Of a stretch of 64,000 nucleotides of DNA, positions 16,477 to 26,900 are shown one piece after another. Source of the stretch: Candidatus Dojkabacteria bacterium UBA4813 (GTDB lineage: Bacteria; Patescibacteriota; Dojkabacteria; SC72); the NCBI GenBank assembly GCA_002402455.1, contig DHFX01000001.1, positions 3,358 to 67,357 of the forward strand, read 5' to 3'. The notes beneath the pieces are model-generated. The model made no database searches. It had not been told where the DNA came from and saw only the letters and a program-made list of their open reading frames with translations. The translations under genes were made by a program, and so were the position numbers. The first letter of the stretch is position 1; each line of letters opens with the position of its first letter.

Positions 16477-19023
16477 ATGCTTAGTCCTACGTCGAAAAAG
16501 AGCAAAGTTTTCTTTTTTGAAGATTATTCAGCTAAAGAATTAAATGAAAACAGGACTGGAAGAAAGGGTCTTAGTTTGTTTAAACTTAAGGATATGGATG
16601 TTCCAGTTCCTGAGTTCTTTGTTATATCTAGTGATGTTTTTGTAGATTTGGCATTTAATGCTTTAGAGAAAGGTAGAAAAAAAATACTAGCAAAGGGAAG
16701 AAATCCTGAGAAAGAAGAAATTGCCTCTCTCTTTCTTAAAAGTGAATTTCCGAAAGAAGTTCAAGAGGAGATACTTAGTGCTTATGCCAGAATGTCGGGT
16801 TTTACGGATGCTTGGGTTTCAGTAAGGTCCTCTGTCGTTTTCCCCGAGAACAAACAGGTGTCTTTCAGTGGTATATTTTCCACAGAATTAAATGTTCGTA
16901 AATTTGATAACCTACAGGACGCGATAAAAAGGGTTTTTGCATCCATGTTCTGCGATGATGTCATAGCTTATGCTTCCAAGATGGGTATAGATTTGGCAGA
17001 GGTTAAGCTTGCAGTTGTTGTTCAGAAGATGGTTCAGTCAGAAGTTTCTGGAGTAGTATTTACAGTTGATCCAATAACCCAAGATAACTCTAAGTTAAGC
17101 ATAGAGGCTGTATTTGGGTTGGGAGATGTAATATCTCTCGGTGAAATCACTCCTGACACATATCTATTGAATAAAAAGGATCTTACTGTTGTAGAAAAAC
17201 ATATCTCTCCGCAGGAGTGGATGAAAGTTAGGACTCTCAAATCAGTAAGAAGTGAAAAGAATATAGAAAAGATAAAAATATCCAGTGGTTGGAGTCATAG
17301 ACAGAAACTCTCAGATAAAGATATGAGAGAAATTTCTAAGATAGCCCTGATTGTTGAGAACAAATCCAGAGAAATCCAGAACTTAGAATGGGTCCTTTCT
17401 GGTGGAAAGTTTTGGGTTCTTCAGAACAAACCTCTCTATGAGGAATCTGTACAGGAAAAAGTTATTCCATTGAGTTCTGATTTAACTAGAAGAAACATTC
17501 ATGATTTAGTTGTAGGTTTTATTGAAAAGTACAGAGGAGAGTCAATGATAGTTTCTCAGGCTATCTCGGATGCAAAGAAGATGGTGAATAGGAACGGAAA
17601 TGAAGCTGCAAAAAATTTGGAGAGATTAATCCTTTCTGCAAAGAAGGAAACTGGGGAAGTACTTTCTTCCACAAGGCAGGAAGATCTTTTAGCTTCGGGT
17701 ATTGGTGCCAGCTTTGGGGTTAAAACAGGGAGAGTTAGTGTTGTAGACGGTTCGGTGGATAGGAAATTTACTACAGATGACATTCTTTTAATAAAGAGAT
17801 ATTCTTCGGAAATGGAATCTATGATAGTTTCCTGCGGAGGGGTTATTATGGATACAGGTGGTCTTACAAGTGATACCTCTATACTATGTAGAGAGGTTGG
17901 AATTCCGGCAGTCGTTGGTACTATGAATGCCTCTGAAAAAATAAAATCCGGAGATTGGGTCAGAATAGACGGGAACTCCGGAACGGTATATTTAGTTAAG
18001 AAAGAAGCAGATGACGAAGTTCATCCTGTTATTCAAGCTTACAGTGAAGGAAGTGTGGCAATAGATGAAATCTCCGAAGAGGGAAAAGAGGAAGGAAGAG
18101 AAGAAAAAAAGAAAGAAGAAAAACTCCTTCCACCTAAAGATACTACCCTACCCCCTTCTGCTACAAAAGTGTTTAGCATGGGTGATGTAGGGCCTAAGAA
18201 ACTCTTTGACAATATCGGTAATTCCAACGGAATAGTATATGTGGATTTAGATAAGATCCTCTTAGAAGATGGTAGACATATAATGGCCTATGTGGAAGAA
18301 AAACAATTTGTCGAGTTCTCAAATAAAATTGCCGAAAAGATTCTGGAATATGTAGAATTAGCAAGAGGAGATGAAGTTATAGTTTCAATAGGTTCAAGCA
18401 AAGTAGGAAAATTCAGAAATCTCACAAAAGGCAAGAGTTACGAAGAGAGTTCACTTCCAGATGATGCGTATGGTGCAGTACACTATCTTAATAATTTAGA
18501 TATGCTCAAAAGGGTATTAAGGATTATTAGAAAGGTCAGAAATGTTCATAAGAAGAGAAATGTCTCTATTGCGCTTCATTCACCTATGAACGGAGAGGCG
18601 ATGATTGACTTTAAGAAGCAACTCTCCGGAGAGAAATTGAGAAGAACATCTACATTTAAAGTCTATGCAATCTTAGACAATCCCTCAGAGATAATTCTTG
18701 CAGATGAAATTGCGAAGGCGAAGATAGATGGTCTTATTCTTAATATGCCGAGAATAGCAAGACAGATGCAAGGTTTTAATTTCGATCAAAAAAGTGCAAA
18801 GTACGATTTAACAAGAAATAGCGTTTTCAAGGTTTTAGATAGTGTAATTGACACTATAAAGGACCAAACTGACAGAATTATTGTGATTGTTGAAAATAGC
18901 AAACCCCTAATAAAATACTGTGTCCAAGCAGGAGTCTACGGAATCTCTGTAACCTCGGAGGATATTGCTGAAGCAAGAAGAGTTGTCTTTCAAGAGGAAA
19001 GTGATCTTATTCTTAAAAAGTAA
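16477..19023 (+). CDS. Phosphoenolpyruvate synthase (pyruvate,water dikinase)-family protein, with catalytic residues apparently substituted
   Basis: The N-terminal PPDK_N/ATP-grasp region aligns by eye with E. coli PpsA (VRSSVVFPE..SFSG; VFASMFCDDVIAYASKMG; VVVQKMVQSEVSGVVFTVDP; NLEWVLSGGKFWVLQNKP). The central swivel domain reads GGLTSDTSILCREVGIPAVVGT against canonical GGRTSHAAIIARELGIPAVVG, so an Asp sits where the phospho-His should be. The C-terminal TIM-like region has YAILDNP where PpsA has MMCEIP. Confidence 0.7.
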   Translation: MLSPTSKKSKVFFFEDYSAKELNENRTGRKGLSLFKLKDMDVPVPEFFVISSDVFVDLAFNALEKGRKKILAKGRNPEKEEIASLFLKSEFPKEVQEEILSAYARMSGFTDAWVSVRSSVVFPENKQVSFSGIFSTELNVRKFDNLQDAIKRVFASMFCDDVIAYASKMGIDLAEVKLAVVVQKMVQSEVSGVVFTVDPITQDNSKLSIEAVFGLGDVISLGEITPDTYLLNKKDLTVVEKHISPQEWMKVRTLKSVRSEKNIEKIKISSGWSHRQKLSDKDMREISKIALIVENKSREIQNLEWVLSGGKFWVLQNKPLYEESVQEKVIPLSSDLTRRNIHDLVVGFIEKYRGESMIVSQAISDAKKMVNRNGNEAAKNLERLILSAKKETGEVLSSTRQEDLLASGIGASFGVKTGRVSVVDGSVDRKFTTDDILLIKRYSSEMESMIVSCGGVIMDTGGLTSDTSILCREVGIPAVVGTMNASEKIKSGDWVRIDGNSGTVYLVKKEADDEVHPVIQAYSEGSVAIDEISEEGKEEGREEKKKEEKLLPPKDTTLPPSATKVFSMGDVGPKKLFDNIGNSNGIVYVDLDKILLEDGRHIMAYVEEKQFVEFSNKIAEKILEYVELARGDEVIVSIGSSKVGKFRNLTKGKSYEESSLPDDAYGAVHYLNNLDMLKRVLRIIRKVRNVHKKRNVSIALHSPMNGEAMIDFKKQLSGEKLRRTSTFKVYAILDNPSEIILADEIAKAKIDGLILNMPRIARQMQGFNFDQKSAKYDLTRNSVFKVLDSVIDTIKDQTDRIIVIVENSKPLIKYCVQAGVYGISVTSEDIAEARRVVFQEESDLILKK

Positions 19024-19090
19024 AAAAATTTTTATTTCTTTCTTTCCTAACCTGTAGTATGTAGACCTTTCTTCGTGTTATACTTTTCAA

Positions 19091-21697
19091 ATGAGCGAGA
19101 CTCCAATGATGAAACAATATCTGGGTTTTAAAAAACAATACCCGGATAAAATAGTCCTATTTAGAATGGGTGACTTCTTCGAGACATTTGGTGAAGATGC
19201 CAAAATAACTTCCAAGGTTTTAAATATTACCCTTACCAAAAGGGATAAAACAAAGAATGCTACCCTACTCGCTGGATTTCCACATAAAGCAATAGATCAA
19301 TACCTTCCGAAGTTCATTAAAGGTGGTTACTGCGTTGTAATAGTCGACCAGTTGGAAGATCCTAAATTTGCTAAAGGCATAGTAAAGAGAGGAATTACGA
19401 GGATAGTTACCCCTGGTACTTTAGATGGAGAGCAAGCCAGTAGTGTGAAAGACTCTTACTTAGCAGCAATATATCAGGATAAAAAAGAGATAAGCATTTC
19501 TCTTTGTGATCTGTCTACTGGGAAATTCTTTCTAATAAACGATCCCTTTAGGAGTGATTTAGTAAGCCATGTAATCTCCTCTTATTCTCCGGCTGAGATT
19601 TTATTACTTGAAGGAGAAGAGGGGGTGAATGTGGGAGATCTGCCCGTACAGTTTATAGACAAATCTCTTAGGAATAGAGAATATTCTGAAGAGTTAATTA
19701 AAAAGTTCTACGAAATTAAAAGTGTGAATTCCTTGGATATCAAAGAAAGAAGTGAAGATCTTGTTTCAGTTGCCATGATAATAAAATATATAGAGGACAC
19801 TCAGTTGATGAATCCTTCTCACATAATGAAACCAAGAAGAATCAAGTTAAACAAGCGAATGGTCTTGGACTCTTTTACAATTAAAAATCTTGAATTAGTA
19901 GCCAATTCTTATACAGGAGGAATAGAAAATTCTTTGTTTTCTGTTATAGACAAAACCCAGAGTCCTATGGGCAGACGCCTACTCTACTCTTGGATACTAA
20001 ATCCCTTAATAGAGAAAAAGGAAATAGATGAAAGACTAAATCTGGTAGAAAAATTTACAGAAAGTAGAAAAATTTTAGAGGAAATCCGAGAGAGGGTTGG
20101 AGAGATAAATGATATTGAGAGAATCGTCGGAAAGATAGGACTAGGGAGGGTTAATGCAAGAGATATGAAGGCACTCCAAGCTTCTCTAGAGAATGCGTTG
20201 GAGGTTTTAAATATTGTAACGAAAGAGTTAAAAGTGACTTACAGGCAAATAGACATAGGAGTCATAAAAGAACTAATAGGGGAAATAGACAAAACCATAA
20301 AAGAAGATCCTCCAATAACAATAATGGAGGGAGGAATAATAAAAGAAGGGTTTAATGAAGATATAGATAAACTACGAAGCCTTACAGGGGACAGTAGATC
20401 CTGGATAAAAGATTTCGAAAAGGAAGAAAAGGAGAGAACGGGTATCCCATCTTTGAAAGTTGGTTTTAATAGAGTTTTTGGTTATTATATAGAAGTTACG
20501 AAAACACATCAGGAGAAAGTGCCTTCTAGGTACATAAGAAAACAGACGCTCGTAAATTCGGAGAGATATATAACAGAAGAATTGAAAGAAAAAGAGAGCA
20601 TAATTTTAAATGCACAAGAGAGAATTTTTGAATTAGAATATGAAATATTTGTTAAGTTTAGAGACACCTTTATTCCATTCCTAAAACAACTTCAGGAAGT
20701 TTCTTCGGTAATTGCGAGAGTAGATGCCCTTTCCGGTTTTGCCAAGGTTGCACTTGAATTTGATTATGTTAAGCCTCAGATATATGAAATGGGAGAAAAA
20801 GACGGTATCATAAATATAGTTAATGGAAGGCATCCTCTAGTTGAAAGAATTTCCGAGGAAGAGTTTATTTCCAATGATACATATTTGGACCTAAAAGATC
20901 ATACTATGGCAATTCTTACGGGTCCTAATATGTCCGGTAAATCTACATACATTAGGCAAGTGGCAACGATTGTTCTTCTTGCCCAAATAGGAAGCTTTGT
21001 TCCGGCTAAAAGTGCTCAGATATCTTTAGTAGATAGAATTTTTACCAGAGTTGGAGCTTCAGATGATCTTAGTAGAGGAAGAAGTACTTTTATGGTCGAA
21101 ATGGATGAGGCAGCAAATATTATAAACAATGCAACAAAATATAGCTTAATAGTTCTAGATGAAATTGGCAGAGGAACAAGCACCTATGATGGTGTAAGTA
21201 TCGCTTGGGCCTTGTCAGAATATCTAATTAAGGAATTAAAAGCTAGGTGTCTTTTTGCTACACATTACCATGAACTACTTAAACTTTCGGAGAAATTCCC
21301 TGAGAGTGTTAAAAATTACAATGTTCTTGTTGAGGAGGATATAGAGGAAGGGACTGTTATATTCTTGCGAAAAATTGTTGAAGGAGGAACAGACAGGAGT
21401 TATGGTATTTATGTTGCTAAGATGGCTGGTTTACCGGATAAGGTTATTAAAAGGGCAAACGAGATTTTGGAGAGTTTTGAACAGAAAAATATGTTTACAA
21501 AAAGGAGCGACATTAGGGAAGCAACAATAGAAAAGATGGAGGGAAAACAGAGCAAAATAAAAGAAAACGGCTTTCAGTACCCTCTATTTACAGCAAAAGA
21601 ATCAGAAATTGAGAAGGAAATACAGAATTTAGATATAGACAACCTTACTCCTATAGAAGCTTTAAATAAAATCTCCACATGGAAGAAAAAGATTTAA
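19091..21697 (+). CDS. mutS: DNA mismatch repair protein MutS
   Basis: The N-terminal MMKQYLGFKKQYPDKIVLFRMGDFFETFGEDA is present. So are Walker A (GPNMSGKSTYIRQVA), Walker B (LIVLDEIGRGTSTYDG) and a C-terminal helix-turn-helix. Confidence 0.9.
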   Translation: MSETPMMKQYLGFKKQYPDKIVLFRMGDFFETFGEDAKITSKVLNITLTKRDKTKNATLLAGFPHKAIDQYLPKFIKGGYCVVIVDQLEDPKFAKGIVKRGITRIVTPGTLDGEQASSVKDSYLAAIYQDKKEISISLCDLSTGKFFLINDPFRSDLVSHVISSYSPAEILLLEGEEGVNVGDLPVQFIDKSLRNREYSEELIKKFYEIKSVNSLDIKERSEDLVSVAMIIKYIEDTQLMNPSHIMKPRRIKLNKRMVLDSFTIKNLELVANSYTGGIENSLFSVIDKTQSPMGRRLLYSWILNPLIEKKEIDERLNLVEKFTESRKILEEIRERVGEINDIERIVGKIGLGRVNARDMKALQASLENALEVLNIVTKELKVTYRQIDIGVIKELIGEIDKTIKEDPPITIMEGGIIKEGFNEDIDKLRSLTGDSRSWIKDFEKEEKERTGIPSLKVGFNRVFGYYIEVTKTHQEKVPSRYIRKQTLVNSERYITEELKEKESIILNAQERIFELEYEIFVKFRDTFIPFLKQLQEVSSVIARVDALSGFAKVALEFDYVKPQIYEMGEKDGIINIVNGRHPLVERISEEEFISNDTYLDLKDHTMAILTGPNMSGKSTYIRQVATIVLLAQIGSFVPAKSAQISLVDRIFTRVGASDDLSRGRSTFMVEMDEAANIINNATKYSLIVLDEIGRGTSTYDGVSIAWALSEYLIKELKARCLFATHYHELLKLSEKFPESVKNYNVLVEEDIEEGTVIFLRKIVEGGTDRSYGIYVAKMAGLPDKVIKRANEILESFEQKNMFTKRSDIREATIEKMEGKQSKIKENGFQYPLFTAKESEIEKEIQNLDIDNLTPIEALNKISTWKKKI

Positions 21698-21714
21698 CAA
21701 ACAAGTAGGAAACA

Positions 21715-22488
21715 CTAAACTGTGATGTAGTAGCCTCTTGAATATTTATTCCCAATGACATTTATTCCTGTGCAAAGAAGAAACTTTTCTCTGATTCTTT
21801 GCACATAAATTCGTACACTCTCTTGCTTATATGTATTGCCTGTTTTATTCTCAAGCCCCTCTTTAAGATCTTCACATCTTAAGTATGTTCCTTCTTTCAT
21901 CAGCAACGACAAAAGGGCGGTTTCTGTATCTGCAAGGAAGATTTTGCAATCATTAAAAATTGCGTAATTAGATCTCTCGTTAAGGTATATTCCGTGATAT
22001 TTTTTGAAATTGTATGATGAGAGATGGTCGCTAAGGGTTATTACATATCTAAAAAGAATACCCTCTACCGTTACTTGGTTTAAAGGTTTTGTTAGAACAA
22101 ATTCGATTCCATAGCTAATTAATTCTTGTATTTCCTTGTAATAAATATTTCGGAATACAAGTTCCTTTGAGTTCACTTCCGAGTTTTGAGGAACCCTTTC
22201 CATAATTGCAAAAATTGGGATTCCTAAGTATTGGTCTTTGAGTTGTTGGATAAAGTTAAAAATTCCCCTTTTATTTCGAAACAATTCTCGGTTTAATCCT
22301 TGGGTATTGCGAAAGAGATCGATGTCTAGAAAGATGACTTTTATGCCGGATTCCTTGGGTTGTGGCTTAAGGGTTGATATCGTTCGCATAGTAAATCTAC
22401 AGTAGCATTGATCAATCTGGCGAAAGAAGTTTTTTGTTTCTACTGATTTTGTTATAACCAAGACACTACCACTATTTCTGTATCCCAT
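21715..22488 (-). CDS. OmpR/PhoB-type winged-helix transcriptional regulator with a divergent receiver-like N-domain
   Basis: The C-terminal ~95 aa match the trans_reg_C pattern (LADTETALLSLLMKEGTYLRCEDL...VRIYVQRIREKF...YSRGYYI). The N-terminal domain is only weakly receiver-like (VIFLDIDL). No histidine kinase gene is nearby. Confidence 0.55.
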   Translation of the reverse strand: MGYRNSGSVLVITKSVETKNFFRQIDQCYCRFTMRTISTLKPQPKESGIKVIFLDIDLFRNTQGLNRELFRNKRGIFNFIQQLKDQYLGIPIFAIMERVPQNSEVNSKELVFRNIYYKEIQELISYGIEFVLTKPLNQVTVEGILFRYVITLSDHLSSYNFKKYHGIYLNERSNYAIFNDCKIFLADTETALLSLLMKEGTYLRCEDLKEGLENKTGNTYKQESVRIYVQRIREKFLLCTGINVIGNKYSRGYYITV

Positions 22489-22521
22489 GAAGCAAGCAAG
22501 TATGTTTAAATTACAAGAGCT

Positions 22522-23838
22522 TTAACCTATTTTTGCTGGTACATCTGTTACTGAAACTAGTAGTTGTTCTGAAGTTTTCATATTTTTAAGCAGGACTTTA
22601 TTCTTTTCTTTCTCTTCTTGACCCATTATTAATACCCAGGGAATGGACTTTTTGTTAGCATAATCTAATTGTTTGGAAAGTTTCATTTCTTCCAATTGAA
22701 CTTCTGTATTAATTCCATTGTCTCTAAGAAAGGAAGCCATCCTGAAGGATTCTTTTGTATATTCTTTGTCCATAAGGGTTATAAATAGTTCTGTGTTAGG
22801 GGTATACGGAGGTAAAAGATTGTAAGTTTTTAGATAATCTAAGGTGGTAATATCTCCCCAGCCCAATCCAAATGCTGGGAGTTTCTCTTCGCCAAAAATT
22901 TCCAGAAGATTATCGTATCTTCCTCCACCAAACAGGGCTCTTGGATTTTTATTTCCACCAATGTCAAACATCTCCATTACGGTTCCTGTGTAATAGTCCA
23001 GACCTCTTACTATGTAAGGGCAGAATTTTACATTGTTTATCTCCAATTCGTCTAGTAAAGAGAAGAGCTCTAGGAGTTGCTTTGCACCTTTGGACTTCTC
23101 TTTTATTTCCTCTAAGTCGTTTAGATTCCATTGAAGAAACTCTTCAAGTTGCTTGATCTGTTCGCTATTAAGATTAATCTCCTTTAGATATTTTGGGAAA
23201 TTATTCTTACTTATTTTAGGGAAAATATCTATTGCTTTGGTAATATTACTCTTTTGCTCTTCCGAAGCTTTGAGAATATCATTATAAAGATAATCTAACA
23301 AATAACGGCTACTAATTCTCAATTCGTAAGTTTCTTTTGGGGCTTTAAGCCGTTGCATAACAGCTATTATAAACTGAGTGATCTCTACTTCTGATGTTCT
23401 GTCCTCTATTCCCAATATATCAATATTGAGTTGAGAGAACTCTCTATTTCTTCCCCTTTGGGGCTTTTCGTATCTATAAAATTTCCCGATGTTAAAAAGT
23501 CTTAATGGGAGCCTTAGTTCCTTTCTTTTAGCCGCGATAACCCTAGCTAAGGAAGGTGTCATCTCCGGCCTGATGGCTATCTCTCTCCCACCCTTATCCG
23601 TGAAGGCATAAAGTTGTTTGTTTGCAAGTTCTTCTCCGGATTTTGCTTTGTAAAGAGAAGCCTCTTCTAGTAGAGGAGTATCATACTCTTCATAACCAAA
23701 ACTTTTGGCAGTCTCTTTCCAAATACCAAAGAGATAGTTTCTGTAAAACATCTCTTCCGGGTAGCTATCTGAGGTCCCCTTGTAAGGTGAGGTGCTCAAT
23801 CTTGTCTGTTTGTTTTTGCTTGTACTTTTTAATTCCAT
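22522..23838 (-). CDS. hisS: Histidyl-tRNA synthetase
   Basis: Class II motifs are present with the HisRS signature FYRYEKPQRGRNREFSQLNIDILG, GGGRYDNL and a C-terminal anticodon-binding domain. Confidence 0.9.
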   Translation of the reverse strand: MELKSTSKNKQTRLSTSPYKGTSDSYPEEMFYRNYLFGIWKETAKSFGYEEYDTPLLEEASLYKAKSGEELANKQLYAFTDKGGREIAIRPEMTPSLARVIAAKRKELRLPLRLFNIGKFYRYEKPQRGRNREFSQLNIDILGIEDRTSEVEITQFIIAVMQRLKAPKETYELRISSRYLLDYLYNDILKASEEQKSNITKAIDIFPKISKNNFPKYLKEINLNSEQIKQLEEFLQWNLNDLEEIKEKSKGAKQLLELFSLLDELEINNVKFCPYIVRGLDYYTGTVMEMFDIGGNKNPRALFGGGRYDNLLEIFGEEKLPAFGLGWGDITTLDYLKTYNLLPPYTPNTELFITLMDKEYTKESFRMASFLRDNGINTEVQLEEMKLSKQLDYANKKSIPWVLIMGQEEKEKNKVLLKNMKTSEQLLVSVTDVPAKIG

Positions 23839-23922
23839 TTGAAAATTATATCACAATAGAATTTGTTCTGTGCCATATTACTAACATTGAATAAGAAGAG
23901 TAAATAGGATATATTTGAAAGT

Positions 23923-26900
23923 ATGAGATATAGTGTCGGAATAACTAACTCTAAAAAGAGAAAAAGTACAGGGAATTCTAGAAATTCAAGAAAATCGAAG
24001 AGCTTTTCAAAGGCTTTTAGTCCTACCCAGTTTGATAAGTTTAAGAGTTTTAAGAAATATAGTTCTAAAAATGTAAAAAAGAAGAAAAGTAAAAGTAAGG
24101 GAGGTTTTAATTCGACAAGTCCTAAAGGGAAGAAACCACCTTTGAATTTAAAAGCTAAAAAAGCTGTATATATTGGTGTCGGGATTCTGTTTTTCTTGGG
24201 TTGTTCAGCCCTTATAGGGATAGGTATCTATCTAAAGAATCTACAGGATTCTTTACCTTCACCGGATGAATTAGTAGAGAGGTCTTCTGATCAGAGTACC
24301 CAGATATTGGATAGAGAGGGGGAGCTACTTTATACAGTGTATGGAGATCAGAACAGGGAGTTTGTGTCTATAGATGAAATCCCAGAGCATACTAAGTGGG
24401 CAGTTATAGCTGCCGAGGATATAGAATTCTATCAACACAAAGGAATTGACTATTTTGGTGTTGCACAAGCATTTTTGCAAAATCTGAGGGCGGGTGGAGT
24501 TGTTAGAGGGGGTAGTACTATCACGCAACAGTTGGTTAAGAGTACCATTTTATACGATGTTTTGGGTGACGAGGCTTTTGCTCAGACATATTCTAGGAAG
24601 ATAAAGGAGATTCTTATCACAATGCAGGTTGAGCAGAGTTTTACGAAGGATGAAATTTTGCAGATGTACATGAATGAAATTCCTTTGGGAGGGGTTAATT
24701 ATGGTTTCCAAGCAGCTGCCAATTCCTATTTTGACAAAGATGTTAACGAGCTTACCTTGGCTGAGAGTGCTTTATTAGCGGGATTAATACAGAGTCCGGG
24801 TGTATACTCTCCTCTTTTTGGTTCCAACCCAGAGATGGCAGAGGAGCGACAGGAGTATGTTTTAGACCAGATGTATAAGCACAGAAAGTTAACGGGAGTG
24901 ACAGAAGAGGAGATTGAGGAAGCAAGGAAAGAAGAGATGGTGTACACCTCTAAGAAGATAGATATAGAGGCGCCACATTTTGTCTTTTACGTAAAGCAAC
25001 TGCTTGAAGAGGAATTTGGTGCTGATAGAGTTGAGAGGGGTGGTCTGAAGGTAACAACTTCTCTGGATTCTTCGCTGCAAACAATTGCGGAGGAAGAGGT
25101 TAGAAGGGGTGTTGATGGTGCGAAGAGATACAATGTAAATAATGGTTCTATGGTGGTTTTAGATCCGAAGACTGGGGAGATTTTGGCTATGGTTGGTTCT
25201 GTGGACTACTTTAATGTAGAAGATCCTCGAGTTGACGGGAATGTTAATATTACAACAAGTTATAGGCAAATGGGTTCATCTGTTAAGCCGTTTGTTTATC
25301 TGACTGCGATTAACCGTGGGTATGGACCTTGGTTACTTACCCCGGATATCCCCGAAATATCTTTTGGTACCTACAAGCCAACTAACTGGGATAGAAAATA
25401 TGAAGGTTTAATTACTGCTAGAAGAGCATTGGTTCAGTCCAGAAATGTCCCTGCTGTTTATACTTTGCAGCTGGCAGGTATAGATAACTTCTTGCAGATA
25501 ATGGAAAAAGTCGGAGTTCCTGGGCTTGCAAGCAAAGTTGAATACGGATTGAGCTTAGGGTTAGGTTCCGGAGAGATGAAGCTTTTGGATTTCACGAATG
25601 CATATGCAACCTTGGCCAATAGTGGCGTAAGGAAGGATATTGTTCCCATACTCAAGGTAGAAGATTCTAAGGGAGAAATACTTTTTGAAGCCGAAGAAAA
25701 CCCTGGGACGAGGGTTATAGATGAAAAGGAGGCATACCTAGTTAATTGGATGATTTGTGATCTTGGTGGGTTTAATGATAAATACGGAAACCAGTATTAC
25801 AATGTCGCAGGCAATAAGCTTTGTGGCAAGACCGGAACAACAGACGGTCCTAGAGATCTCTTAGCGTTTGTGTATAATCAGAATATAGTTGTTGGTGTTT
25901 GGACGGGAAATAATAATAATGAAAATATGCCTGGTGGTTGGTCTTCTACAATTCCACTCCCACTGGCTAGCTCATTCATAAAGAGAGTTATAGAGCATTA
26001 CCCTTCCACTACTTACAACCGTCCTGCAGGTATTCTAACCACATCTGTTTGTAAAGACTCTGGTGCAACTCGTCCTGATGATGCCAGTTGGGATTGTGCA
26101 AAGGAAGCTTCTTTATATATAGCTGGTCGTCCTCCTCAAGTAGATAAAAGAGAGGTTGTTGAAGTTTGTAAAGAGAATGGTCTTCTTCCAAGTAATCTGG
26201 ATGCTGCACAGAAGTATGGGTTAACCGAAACGAAAATTTTTATTAATAAAGAACTAGAAAATTCTTTACAACAAGCGGCATATGAAAAGTATCTTACTAA
26301 GGAAGAAGATTCTAAATATATTATATCTAAACCGGAATCTGGAATATGTCCTCTTCCTTTAGGACCGGATAATGCTCCCGTAATAGACTTGGTTACTCCT
26401 TCAGAGGGGCAATCTGTTGTGAGGGGTAGAAATTTGGAGATTTCAGGACAGGTCAGATATCTGGAGGGTATATCTAAATTTGAAACTAAGTTCGACAGTA
26501 ATAATATAACGGGGGCTTCAATAAATGCAGATGGAAGCTTTGTAGTAAACTATTTTGTCCCAGAAGAAACTCTTTTAGGAAATCATATAATAACAGTATT
26601 AGCAGAGGATAATTATGGTAAAACAGATACAAAGAATATAAATATTAATATTGTTAATGCATCATCTGCTTTTTCCTTGTCATTGACTTCGCCTCTCAAT
26701 GGACAAACATTTACACTTCCGAGTCAATTTCCCGTTGTCTTAGTTGCCAGTATATCCGGAGGAACTGTTGAGAAAGTTACTTTTCAAATTTCTCAGGTTA
26801 CAGGTTCTTATTCCAAAACGCTTACTGACACGGACAGTTCCGGAGGTTGGAGTCAAAACTGGACAAACGACGGAGTGAGTAGTGGAGATTATACGATACA

